Shown: positions 9,288 through 17,875 of the stretch, one piece after another
How the letters are laid out: each line of letters opens with the position of its first letter
Position numbering within the stretch: the first letter of the stretch is position 1
DNA from: a virus
Taxonomy: Duplodnaviria; Caudoviricetes
IMG/VR virus record: IMGVR_UViG_3300003316_000244
Span: 1-64,000 of that record
Length of the DNA: 64,000 nt
Reading direction: 5' to 3' (one strand)
Notes under the pieces: model-generated
Seen by the model: only the letters and a program-made list of their open reading frames with translations
Database searches by the model: none
What the model was told of the DNA's origin: nothing
Made by a program: the position numbers and the translations under genes

Positions 9288-9602
9288 ATGGAAAAAAAAT
9301 TTGATTTTATTAATTTATTTTTTAAGGTAGCAATAGGATTAAGCCTATTTTTTTTCGTGCTTTGTGTTTATTTTTCATATAAACAATTAAAAATTAAAAC
9401 TCAAGTTTTAATGGAAATTGAATATTGTAATGGTAAAATTGATACCATTTTTACAACAATTGATGGTGAATCAAAGTATCTTTTTATTCAAAATAATGGT
9501 AATAGATCATCAGTACCTGAACTTAAATCATTTAATCATAAATTAATTTTATTAAATGTTTGTTCCTTCAAAATTTTAAACGAAAATAAAATAGAACAAT
9601 GA
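9288..9602 (+). CDS. Membrane-anchored hypothetical protein (104 aa)
   Basis: N-terminal TM helix; ATGA overlap with nrtR; TATCTTTG (-7 box) at 9265-9272. Confidence 0.6.
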   Translation: MEKKFDFINLFFKVAIGLSLFFFVLCVYFSYKQLKIKTQVLMEIEYCNGKIDTIFTTIDGESKYLFIQNNGNRSSVPELKSFNHKLILLNVCSFKILNENKIEQ

Positions 9603-10276
9603 AACTAGCTGTAGATGCTGTTGTCTTTGCATATAAAGATGGCAAATTAAATGTTTTAATGATTAAAAGAAATTTTAAACCATTTGAAAATTATTTTGCA
9701 TTACCGGGAGGTTTTATTAAAGATAATGAAACTGCAGAAGATGCAATTAAAAGAGAACTATTAGAAGAAACAGGTATCGAAATTAATTATTTAGAACAAC
9801 TTTATACTTTCACTAATCCAAATCGTGATCCAAGAGAACGTATCATAAGTCTTGCATACTATGGATTAATAAATCCAGACAAATATAGTTTAATTGCTGG
9901 TATTGAAGCATCTGAAGTTAAATGGATTCCAGTTAAAAATATAATATCTAAAGTAAATACATTTGCATTTGATCATGGATTAATTGTAGATTATGCTTTA
10001 ACAAGACTTCAAAATAAAATTAAATATGAACCAATTGGTTTTGATCTATTACCCGAAAAATTTACATTAGGTGAACTTCATAGACTTTATTCAACAATAT
10101 TAGATAAAGAAATTGAAAGAAGAAATTTTAATAACAAAATTTTGAAAATTGAAATTTTGGAATTTCTAGATGAAAAAAATCAAACGACTTCAAAAGGTCG
10201 TAAAGGTAATTTATTTAAATTCAATAATGAAAAATATAAATCATTGAAGATCAATGGGTTTGATTTTAGGTTTTAA
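9599..10276 (+). CDS. nrtR: NrtR-family Nudix-related transcriptional regulator
   Basis: N-terminal Nudix box (ALPGGFIKDNETAEDAIKRELLEETG) and C-terminal winged HTH (LLPEKFTLGELHRLY...RRNF...GRKGNLF). Confidence 0.9.
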   Translation: MKLAVDAVVFAYKDGKLNVLMIKRNFKPFENYFALPGGFIKDNETAEDAIKRELLEETGIEINYLEQLYTFTNPNRDPRERIISLAYYGLINPDKYSLIAGIEASEVKWIPVKNIISKVNTFAFDHGLIVDYALTRLQNKIKYEPIGFDLLPEKFTLGELHRLYSTILDKEIERRNFNNKILKIEILEFLDEKNQTTSKGRKGNLFKFNNEKYKSLKINGFDFRF

Positions 10277-10292
10277 AATATTTTATTTATTT

Positions 10293-10323
10293 TTTGCTTT
10301 TTAAAATAATTTGTGTAATTTTA
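10293..10323 (+). promoter_or_regulatory. Bacteroidota-type promoter of the NAD operon
   Basis: TTTG(10293-96)-N19-TAATTTTA(10316-23), 7/8 match to TAnnTTTG. Confidence 0.6.
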
Positions 10324-10333
10324 ACACAAATTA
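10307..10333. promoter_or_regulatory. Predicted NrtR operator
   Basis: Perfect palindrome TAATTTGTGT-AATTTTA-ACACAAATTA with GT-N7-AC core, between nrtR and nadM. Confidence 0.8.
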
Positions 10334-10351
10334 AAGTATTTAAAATTATAT

Positions 10352-11242
10352 ATGGAAAATAATACAGAAATTGGATGTATAATTGGTCGTTTTCAAGTCC
10401 ATGAATTACATGAAGCTCATAGAGCATTAATTGATACTGTTATTCAGAATCATAGAAAAGTTATATTATTTTTAGGTGTTTCACCAGTTTTAGGTTCTAA
10501 AAGAAATCCTTTAGACTTTCCAACAAGGAAAGCAATGATTGATCAAATTTATGGTGAGAAAATAAGTGCTATATTACCTATTCATGATAATCGCAGTGAT
10601 TTTGCTTGGTCAAAAGAAATAGATAAGAGAATTAAAGAAGTATTCCAAATTGGTGATGTTACTCTTTATGGATCAAGAGATTCTTTTATTCCACACTATA
10701 AAGGTATTCACAAAACAATAGAACTTGAAAGTAAACATTTTATATCTGGTACATCAATTAGAAAAAATGTTTCACAAACAATATTATCAACAAATGAATT
10801 TAGAGCTGGAGTTATTTATGCAACATATTCACAATATCCAATTGTTTTTTCAACTGTTGATGTTGCAATATTAAATGATCAAAACGAAATTCTATTAGCA
10901 AGAAAACCTTCTGATCCAGAAGGATTACATAGATTTGTTGGTGGTTTTGTTGATGTTAAAGATAATTCAGATTATGCTGCATGTATCAGAGAAGCATATG
11001 AAGAAACTAATTCAGTAATAGAACCATATGAATTTGTTTGTTCTGCTCAAATTAATGACTGGAGATATTCTAAAGAAGAAGATAGAAAAATTATGACCAG
11101 ATTATATAAAGCAAAATACATTTCTGGTAAAATAGAACCACGGGATGATATTTCAGAATTACAATGGTTTAATTTTAAAAATTTAAATTTAGATATGTTT
11201 GTTCCAGAACATAGAATTTTAGCTAGTAAATTGTTTATCTAA
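10352..11242 (+). CDS. nadM: Bifunctional NMN adenylyltransferase / ADP-ribose pyrophosphatase (NadM-Nudix, NatV-like)
   Basis: IIGRFQVHELHEAH (HxxH), RNPL, ISGTSIR; C-terminal Nudix box GGFVD...REAYEET. Confidence 0.9.
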   Translation: MENNTEIGCIIGRFQVHELHEAHRALIDTVIQNHRKVILFLGVSPVLGSKRNPLDFPTRKAMIDQIYGEKISAILPIHDNRSDFAWSKEIDKRIKEVFQIGDVTLYGSRDSFIPHYKGIHKTIELESKHFISGTSIRKNVSQTILSTNEFRAGVIYATYSQYPIVFSTVDVAILNDQNEILLARKPSDPEGLHRFVGGFVDVKDNSDYAACIREAYEETNSVIEPYEFVCSAQINDWRYSKEEDRKIMTRLYKAKYISGKIEPRDDISELQWFNFKNLNLDMFVPEHRILASKLFI

Positions 11243-11256
11243 AAATATAATTAATT

Positions 11257-12636
11257 ATGAAAAAAGAAAATTTAATATTATTAACAGATAGTTATAAATT
11301 TAGTCACGCTTTTGCTTATAATAAAAATGTTACAAAAGTTTATTCATATCTTGAAAGTCGTGGTGGTAAATTTCCATATACTCTATTTTTTGGATTACAA
11401 TACTATTTAAAAAAATTTTTAGAGGGTAAAGTAATCACTCAAAACGATATTGAAGATGCTCATACTTTTTGTAAAAAACATTTTGGAAGAAATGATGTTT
11501 TTAATAGTGATGGTTGGAGAAATTTATTAAAAAAATATGATGGAAAATTACCTTTACATATTAAAGCAGTTGAAGAAGGTTCGATAGTTCCAACTGGAAA
11601 TGTATTAATGACAATAGAAAATACCGATCCAGAATTTTATTGGTTAACAAATTTTGTTGAAACACTTCTAATGAAAGTTTGGTATCCAACAACAGTTGCA
11701 ACACAATCAAGAGAAATAAGAAAAAGAATTAGTGATGCTTTAGAGAAAACTGGAACACCTGAAACAATAAATTTCAAATGTCATGATTTTGGATATCGTG
11801 GAGTTAGTAGTGAAGAACAAGCAGGATTAGGTTCTGCAGCACATTTGCTTTCATTTATGGGAACTGATACTATTGCTGGTATAACAATGTTAGAAAATTA
11901 TTATAATGGAGATATGTCTGGTTTTAGCATTCCAGCAACAGAACATTCAATAATATGTTCTTTTGGAAAAGAAAATGAAATAGAAGCTTATCGTCATTTT
12001 TTAAATGAATATTTTGAAGGTACTATTGCATGTGTTTCGGATACATATAATATTTATAATGCATGTGAAAATATTTGGGGTGGGATTCTAAAAGAAGAAG
12101 TATTAAAAAGAAATGGTACATTAGTTATTAGACCAGATTCTGGTGATTATATGGAAGTAGTACCAAAAATTTTAGATATTCTTTGGAATAAATTTGGTGG
12201 TACTATAAATGATAAAGGTTATAAAGTTCTTGATTCACATGTTCGAGTTATTCAAGGTGATGGTATGAATTTACAATCAATAACTGAATTATATAGTTTA
12301 TTAACCAGATTAAAATGGTCTGCAGATAATTTGGCTGTTGGTTCTGGTGGTGGACTTCTTGAAGAAGGTCTTACGAGAGATACTCAAAAATTTGCAATTA
12401 AAGCATCTGCTGTTCAAATGTATACTGGTGAATGGATTGGAATTCAAAAAACTCCAATCACTGATTCTGGTAAACGTTCTAAAATGGGTAGACTTAAATT
12501 GATAAAAGATCAAAATGATGAATTTAAAACAGTCAATGAAAACGAAGAAGGAACAGATTTACTAAGAACTGTTTTTTTAAATGGTGAATTATATAATAAA
12601 ACTGATATTGAAACTATTAGAGAAAAATGTTTATGA
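11257..12636 (+). CDS. nadV: Nicotinamide phosphoribosyltransferase (NAMPT)
   Basis: LLTDSYKFSH, HDFGYRG, IPATEHS, VSDTY, VIRPDSG, IQGDG, GSGGGL. Confidence 0.93.
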   Translation: MKKENLILLTDSYKFSHAFAYNKNVTKVYSYLESRGGKFPYTLFFGLQYYLKKFLEGKVITQNDIEDAHTFCKKHFGRNDVFNSDGWRNLLKKYDGKLPLHIKAVEEGSIVPTGNVLMTIENTDPEFYWLTNFVETLLMKVWYPTTVATQSREIRKRISDALEKTGTPETINFKCHDFGYRGVSSEEQAGLGSAAHLLSFMGTDTIAGITMLENYYNGDMSGFSIPATEHSIICSFGKENEIEAYRHFLNEYFEGTIACVSDTYNIYNACENIWGGILKEEVLKRNGTLVIRPDSGDYMEVVPKILDILWNKFGGTINDKGYKVLDSHVRVIQGDGMNLQSITELYSLLTRLKWSADNLAVGSGGGLLEEGLTRDTQKFAIKASAVQMYTGEWIGIQKTPITDSGKRSKMGRLKLIKDQNDEFKTVNENEEGTDLLRTVFLNGELYNKTDIETIREKCL

Positions 12637-13067
12637 TTACTGATCCATATTTTTCACATAATTTATCTGTTAAAAGATTATTAGATGTTTATAAAAAACA
12701 TAATACATTATTTATAGCTATTGATTTTGATGATACATTTTATGATTGTCATAATCAAGGATATAAGTTCAACAATGTTATTCAATTAATTAAAGATTGT
12801 AATAATTTAAATTTTAAAGTAACCATTTTTACAGCATCAAAACCTAGTAGATTTCAATTAATGCTTGATTATTGTGATCAAATAGGAATTAAAGTAGAAG
12901 GAATCAATAAAAATCCAGAAAATCTTCCTGAAGGAATTGGTAGTTCTGGAAAAATTTTTTATAATCTACTTCTAGATGATAGAGCTGGTTTAGATTCTGC
13001 CTATAAAATTTTAAAAGAAGTTGTTGACATAATCAAACAAATTCATATTAATAATGAAAAAATATAA
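12627..13067 (+). CDS. HAD-superfamily hydrolase-like protein
   Basis: Motif I IAIDFDDT, motif II TAS, motif IV LDDRA. Confidence 0.7.
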   Translation: MFMITDPYFSHNLSVKRLLDVYKKHNTLFIAIDFDDTFYDCHNQGYKFNNVIQLIKDCNNLNFKVTIFTASKPSRFQLMLDYCDQIGIKVEGINKNPENLPEGIGSSGKIFYNLLLDDRAGLDSAYKILKEVVDIIKQIHINNEKI

Positions 13068-13557
13068 TAATTCAATAGTTAATGCAATAAATAATGCTTT
13101 TGTAGAAAAAGAAAAAAGAGGTTGGTCTAAATTATATTTTTTCTTTGATATTCATCAAACAATATTATATCCTGATTACAATAATAATGATCCTAAAAGA
13201 TTTTATAAACATGCTAAAGTTGTATTACAATTTCTTTCAAACCATAAAGATATTGAAATGGGTTTATATACATGTTCATATCCCAATGAGATAGATAATT
13301 ACCTACAATTTTTTAAAGAAAATAATATTAATTTTTTGCATATAAATAAAAATCAAGATGCTAAAGATACAACATATGGTTATTATCAGGATAAACCATA
13401 TTATAATGTCTTATTTGAAGATAAGGCTGGTTTTGATGCTGAAACAGATTGGTTAGAAATAAAAAAATATTTTAATATTAAAACCATAGAAGATGCTAAA
13501 TTGGAACGTGATTGGGAAATGATTCATAAAATCAATAGTATTTTGAGAGGATGGTAA
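13054..13557 (+). CDS. HAD-superfamily hydrolase-like protein (paralog of upstream gene)
   Basis: FFDIHQT, YTCS, INKN, FEDKAG align with the previous ORF. Confidence 0.65.
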   Translation: MKKYNNSIVNAINNAFVEKEKRGWSKLYFFFDIHQTILYPDYNNNDPKRFYKHAKVVLQFLSNHKDIEMGLYTCSYPNEIDNYLQFFKENNINFLHINKNQDAKDTTYGYYQDKPYYNVLFEDKAGFDAETDWLEIKKYFNIKTIEDAKLERDWEMIHKINSILRGW

Positions 13558-14528
13558 ATAAAATTTTAAATATGACAAAAGACGAAGCAATAAACTTAAT
13601 TAATAATGCTAAATCATTAGTTGATGTTTTTCCCGATTTGAGTGTATGGAAAAATCAATATAAAAAATTAGCAATGCTTATTCATCCAGACCATTGTAAT
13701 ACAACCGAAGCAGAACAAGCATTTAAAATTCTTGCAGAATTTGTTTCTAAAATAGAAAAAGGAAGTAAACATAATGATGACTCAGGAGAAATAAAATATA
13801 AAATTATTGATGCATCAATTCTTGATAATTTATCAACAATTAAATCAGTTCTTGGAGTAAAAGAATTACCTATTGTAACAGAGTTAATCCTTAAAGGAAA
13901 ACCTGAATTAAATAAAATTTCATTATATAATTATAATATATTAACAAATCTGAAAGATAAATCTTCAGAACATTTTAAAAAATATTTACCAATATCTATT
14001 ACCAAAATATCTGATAACGAATTAAAAATCATATTACCATATAGAGCTGTTCCCCTTTCAAGTTTAGGTGTTTTACCTCAAGAACATGTTAATTGGATTC
14101 TGAGTAGAATGTTAGAATTTTCTTCTTGGTTGAATCAAATAAAATTTGTCCATGGAGGAATCAATCCAGATAGTATATACATAATTCCAGAAAATCATGG
14201 TATGATTTGTACATCATTTTATCATATGAGTAAATTAGATGATAAAATGAAAACAATATCAGGTAAATATTCACAATTTTATCCTTCAAAAGTTTTTACA
14301 TCAAAAAAAGCAACTTCAGATATCGATATTGAACTTTCAAAAAGAAGTGCAATTTATTTATTAGGTGATACTTCTGGTGCAGGTATAAAATTAAAGAAAA
14401 CACATAATGTTAATATATTAGATTTTATATTTAAAAATCATAATATACCTTTAAATGCATATAAAGAATATAGAGAAATTTTAAATAAAAATTATGATAT
14501 GAAAAAGTTTCATGTTTTAAAAGCGTAA
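13551..14528 (+). CDS. J-domain fused to a protein-kinase-like (probably pseudokinase) domain
   Basis: YKKLAMLIHPDH (HPD) J-like N-terminus; VHGGINPDSI catalytic-loop-like segment lacking the catalytic Asp. Confidence 0.65.
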   Translation: MVNKILNMTKDEAINLINNAKSLVDVFPDLSVWKNQYKKLAMLIHPDHCNTTEAEQAFKILAEFVSKIEKGSKHNDDSGEIKYKIIDASILDNLSTIKSVLGVKELPIVTELILKGKPELNKISLYNYNILTNLKDKSSEHFKKYLPISITKISDNELKIILPYRAVPLSSLGVLPQEHVNWILSRMLEFSSWLNQIKFVHGGINPDSIYIIPENHGMICTSFYHMSKLDDKMKTISGKYSQFYPSKVFTSKKATSDIDIELSKRSAIYLLGDTSGAGIKLKKTHNVNILDFIFKNHNIPLNAYKEYREILNKNYDMKKFHVLKA

Positions 14529-14560
14529 ATAATAATTAAAATAAACAAAAATTAAAAATT

Positions 14561-15481
14561 ATGGGATATTCAAATTGGTCAAATGATGCTTATGCAAATT
14601 TAAGCTCATCTTATGCTAGTAAATCTACTAATGATATTTTTACAAGCAACAAAACTCGTAAAGCTGATGATTCTTTTACTCCAGATAAAATTACATTCAG
14701 AGAGTCTAGAGATAGTGTAGAACATCCAAATTCTGTTGCAGTTGCTGTCTTTTTGGATGTAACTGGAAGTATGGGAGAAATACCAGAAAAAATGGTACGT
14801 GAAAATCTTGGAACATTAATGAATACATTAATTAAACACGAAGTAAATGATGCTCATGTGTTATTTGGTGCAATTGGTGATCATTACAGTGATAGATTTC
14901 CACTTCAAATTGGTCAATTTGAAACAGGTACTATAGAATTAGATCAAAGTTTAACAAAACTTTATCTTGAAGGTGGAGGTGGTGGAACACAACAAGAATC
15001 ATATCTTCTTGCTTGGTTATTTGCTGCAAGACATACATCAATTGATTGTTTTGAAAAAAGAAATCAAAAGGGTATATTGTTTACCATTGGTGACGAAAAA
15101 TCACATAGTAAAATTGAAGCGGATAAATTAAAATCATTAATGGGATATACTCAAGCAGATACGTTAACCGATGAAGAACTTTTAAATGAAGTTAAAAGAA
15201 TGTATCATGTATTTCATATTCATATTAATGAAGCATCATATAAAAACAATCCAAACATATTAAATTATTGGAAAAATCTTCTTGGAGAACGGTTGATTAT
15301 TCTTGATGACCATAATAGAGTTGCAGAAATTATTGCATCTACTGTTGCAGTAATACATGGTGCCGATTTAAATAACATTATATCAGGATTTAATCCATCT
15401 GTTGCTCTTACTGTAAAAAATGCTCTTGCTAAAGTAGATTTGTCTGTTTCAAAAACAAATGATAGTGTCATAAATCTTTAA
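14561..15481 (+). CDS. von Willebrand factor A (vWA) domain protein
   Basis: MIDAS-like LDVTGSMG, EGGGGG..ESY, FTIGDE. Confidence 0.8.
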   Translation: MGYSNWSNDAYANLSSSYASKSTNDIFTSNKTRKADDSFTPDKITFRESRDSVEHPNSVAVAVFLDVTGSMGEIPEKMVRENLGTLMNTLIKHEVNDAHVLFGAIGDHYSDRFPLQIGQFETGTIELDQSLTKLYLEGGGGGTQQESYLLAWLFAARHTSIDCFEKRNQKGILFTIGDEKSHSKIEADKLKSLMGYTQADTLTDEELLNEVKRMYHVFHIHINEASYKNNPNILNYWKNLLGERLIILDDHNRVAEIIASTVAVIHGADLNNIISGFNPSVALTVKNALAKVDLSVSKTNDSVINL

Positions 15482-15490
15482 TAATATTAA

Positions 15491-16633
15491 ATGAAAAAAA
15501 ATATTGTAATAGGTTTGGGTTTTGGAGATGAAGGTAAGGGGTTAATGACCTCTTACCTCGTTTCTAAATCACTTAAACCATTAGTCATTAGATTTAATGG
15601 TGGACAACAAGCAGGTCATACTGTTTCTTTTAATAATAAAAGACATGTATTTTCAAATTTTGGATCAGGTACATTACAAAATGCTCCAACTTATTGGTCA
15701 GAATTTTGCACAATTGATCCTCTTGCTTTATTTAATGAATATAATAGTTTAAAAAATTTAGGTTTTTTAAATCCTGAATTAATTATTGATCCATTATGTA
15801 TGGTTACAACACCATTTGACATTACTGCAAATCACATATATGAATCAACAAAAAAACATGGTTCTTGTGGTGTTGGTTTTGGGCAAACAATAAAACGAAA
15901 TGAAGATAATTATAAACTTCATGCTATTGATATGCTCTATCCTGAAATTTTAAAAGAAAAATTAAAAAATATTATGAATTATTATAATTTAATAAATCAT
16001 AATAATATTATTGAAAATTTTCTTAATTATGTCAAATTATTAATTCATAATTCTATTATTAAAATAGAAAAACCAAATTTTATTAAATATGATGAATTAA
16101 TATTTGAAGGTGCCCAAGGAGTAATGCTTGACATGGATTTTGGATTTTTCCCAAATGTAACAAGATCAAATACTACAAGTAAAAATGCTTTCACTATTTT
16201 AAAAAATAATAAATTAACTACTGATGATGTAGAGATAAATTATGTGAGTAGAGTTTATCAAACAAGACATGGTAATGGTTATATGACAAATGAAGACTAC
16301 CCACTTCATTTAAAAAATAATGAAAATGAGACAAATGTAAATAATAAATATCAAGGTAAATTCAGAATTGGTGCTTTAGATATTAATTTACTTAATTATG
16401 CGTTGATGATCGATGATACTTTTTCATATAATCAAAAGAAAAACATATTATTCACCTGCTTAGATCAAGTTCAATCACCAACTTCAATATCCTGTAGTTT
16501 AAATAATGTTGTTAGAACTATGAGTTTAGACGGAATTCTTTCAGAATTAAAATTTGAATTTAATAATATCCATACTTCTTACGGACCAAGTTATTCAAAT
16601 ATTGTAGAATTCATACCAAAATTATTTTTCTAA
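15491..16633 (+). CDS. Divergent adenylosuccinate-synthetase-like (PurA-family) protein
   Basis: GLGFGDEGKG, RFNGGQQAGHT, SCGVG, FEGAQG, VTRSNT; 380 aa with a non-canonical substrate loop (TRHGNG). Confidence 0.8.
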   Translation: MKKNIVIGLGFGDEGKGLMTSYLVSKSLKPLVIRFNGGQQAGHTVSFNNKRHVFSNFGSGTLQNAPTYWSEFCTIDPLALFNEYNSLKNLGFLNPELIIDPLCMVTTPFDITANHIYESTKKHGSCGVGFGQTIKRNEDNYKLHAIDMLYPEILKEKLKNIMNYYNLINHNNIIENFLNYVKLLIHNSIIKIEKPNFIKYDELIFEGAQGVMLDMDFGFFPNVTRSNTTSKNAFTILKNNKLTTDDVEINYVSRVYQTRHGNGYMTNEDYPLHLKNNENETNVNNKYQGKFRIGALDINLLNYALMIDDTFSYNQKKNILFTCLDQVQSPTSISCSLNNVVRTMSLDGILSELKFEFNNIHTSYGPSYSNIVEFIPKLFF

Positions 16634-16669
16634 TAAAATTAATAACATTTTGATCATTATAATCGTATA

Positions 16670-17242
16670 ATGATCATGAAAAAATATTTATTTTTAACAC
16701 TTTTCTTATTTCCAAATATCCTGTTTGGACAACAGGTTCTTTATGAACCTCATATTAATATATTAGAAACAAATAAAACTAATGAAATCAAATGGCTTAA
16801 TTATTCAGATAAACCATTTGATTATATCTTAGATAGATACATTACGTTCATTAATCCAGATAATGATGATCTAGTTAATGAACTAGTTACAATACAAATA
16901 ATTGCAATTGGAAAGAATAAAAAAAGGATATTAGACACTTTTTATTGTAATATTGGAGAAAATAATTCTAATCATCTCTATTCCTTTTTAAGGATAAAAG
17001 AAAATGAGAATTTAATTTTTGAAATTAATTATTCTTCAATTGACCATCCTAAATTAATTTTTGATATTTTTTCTAAATCTAAAGAAAATAATCTAACAAA
17101 AAAGAATGAAAATAAGGAGATTTTTATTATAAACGATAAAAAATTTAAAGAAAAACCTTTAAAAAAACACAAAAATCAAGATAAATCATTCCTTTTTAAG
17201 GCATTAAAATTTACAGTAGAACTTTCTTCAAATTTATTGTAA
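16670..17242 (+). CDS. Secreted hypothetical protein (signal peptide)
   Basis: MKKYLFLTLFLFPNILFG-Q signal peptide. Confidence 0.6.
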   Translation: MIMKKYLFLTLFLFPNILFGQQVLYEPHINILETNKTNEIKWLNYSDKPFDYILDRYITFINPDNDDLVNELVTIQIIAIGKNKKRILDTFYCNIGENNSNHLYSFLRIKENENLIFEINYSSIDHPKLIFDIFSKSKENNLTKKNENKEIFIINDKKFKEKPLKKHKNQDKSFLFKALKFTVELSSNLL

Positions 17243-17298
17243 CCTTTTGTAACCGACAATCGTATAATAATCAGAAATCAACAATTAAATAAAAAATT

Positions 17299-17823
17299 AT
17301 GAAAAAACAAACAATTTCTTATCTTTTGATCGCCTTTGCGATGATGTTCGTACTTTCAAGTTGTGGTGATAAAACTGATGATCCACAGCCTGTAGTAAAA
17401 ACTGATCTTCAAAAAGTTCAGGAAGCAGTAAGTGGTTCAACATGGGTATTAATTTCAGCAGATGTTGTTACTAATGGAAAAACATATCACTATAATGGTG
17501 ATTGTAACTTCTCAGTCTTTAACGATCTTGGCGATAAAGCTGCAGCAACATCTACAAATACTGTAGACTTTACCTATATTTTTAATGGAATATCACTCTC
17601 TTATACTCAAGAATGTGGTTCACAAACTGGAACTAATATACCATACACAATTGCTGAAAATTCTGGAAAATTTACACTTACATACAAACATGGAACAGCA
17701 AATGTAATATTTGAATTGGTAACTCCAGTAGATGAATTAAAAACTGCAACATCTGTCACAGTTAAACTTTTAACATTGAATGCAGGAGCAACTTCTTCAA
17801 CTCTAGTTTATAAGAAATCTTAA
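17299..17823 (+). CDS. Bacteroidota-type lipoprotein (possible lipocalin-like fold)
   Basis: Lipobox LSS-C followed by acidic GDKTDDP; TWVLISA motif. Confidence 0.75.
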   Translation: MKKQTISYLLIAFAMMFVLSSCGDKTDDPQPVVKTDLQKVQEAVSGSTWVLISADVVTNGKTYHYNGDCNFSVFNDLGDKAAATSTNTVDFTYIFNGISLSYTQECGSQTGTNIPYTIAENSGKFTLTYKHGTANVIFELVTPVDELKTATSVTVKLLTLNAGATSSTLVYKKS

Positions 17824-17844
17824 TTCTAATTATACTCTATACCT

Positions 17845-17875
17845 AAAAAGCCACTAAATTTTAGTGGCTTTTTTT
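17845..17875. terminator. Bidirectional intrinsic terminator
   Basis: AAAAAGCCACTAA...TTAGTGGCTTTTTTT between convergent genes. Confidence 0.85.

Noticed and set aside
15491-16633. PurZ / 2-aminoadenine (Z-genome) pathway
   Set aside because: The catalytic Asp is retained (GDEGKG, not GSTGKG), and no datZ or mazZ-like partner is recognisable in the window.
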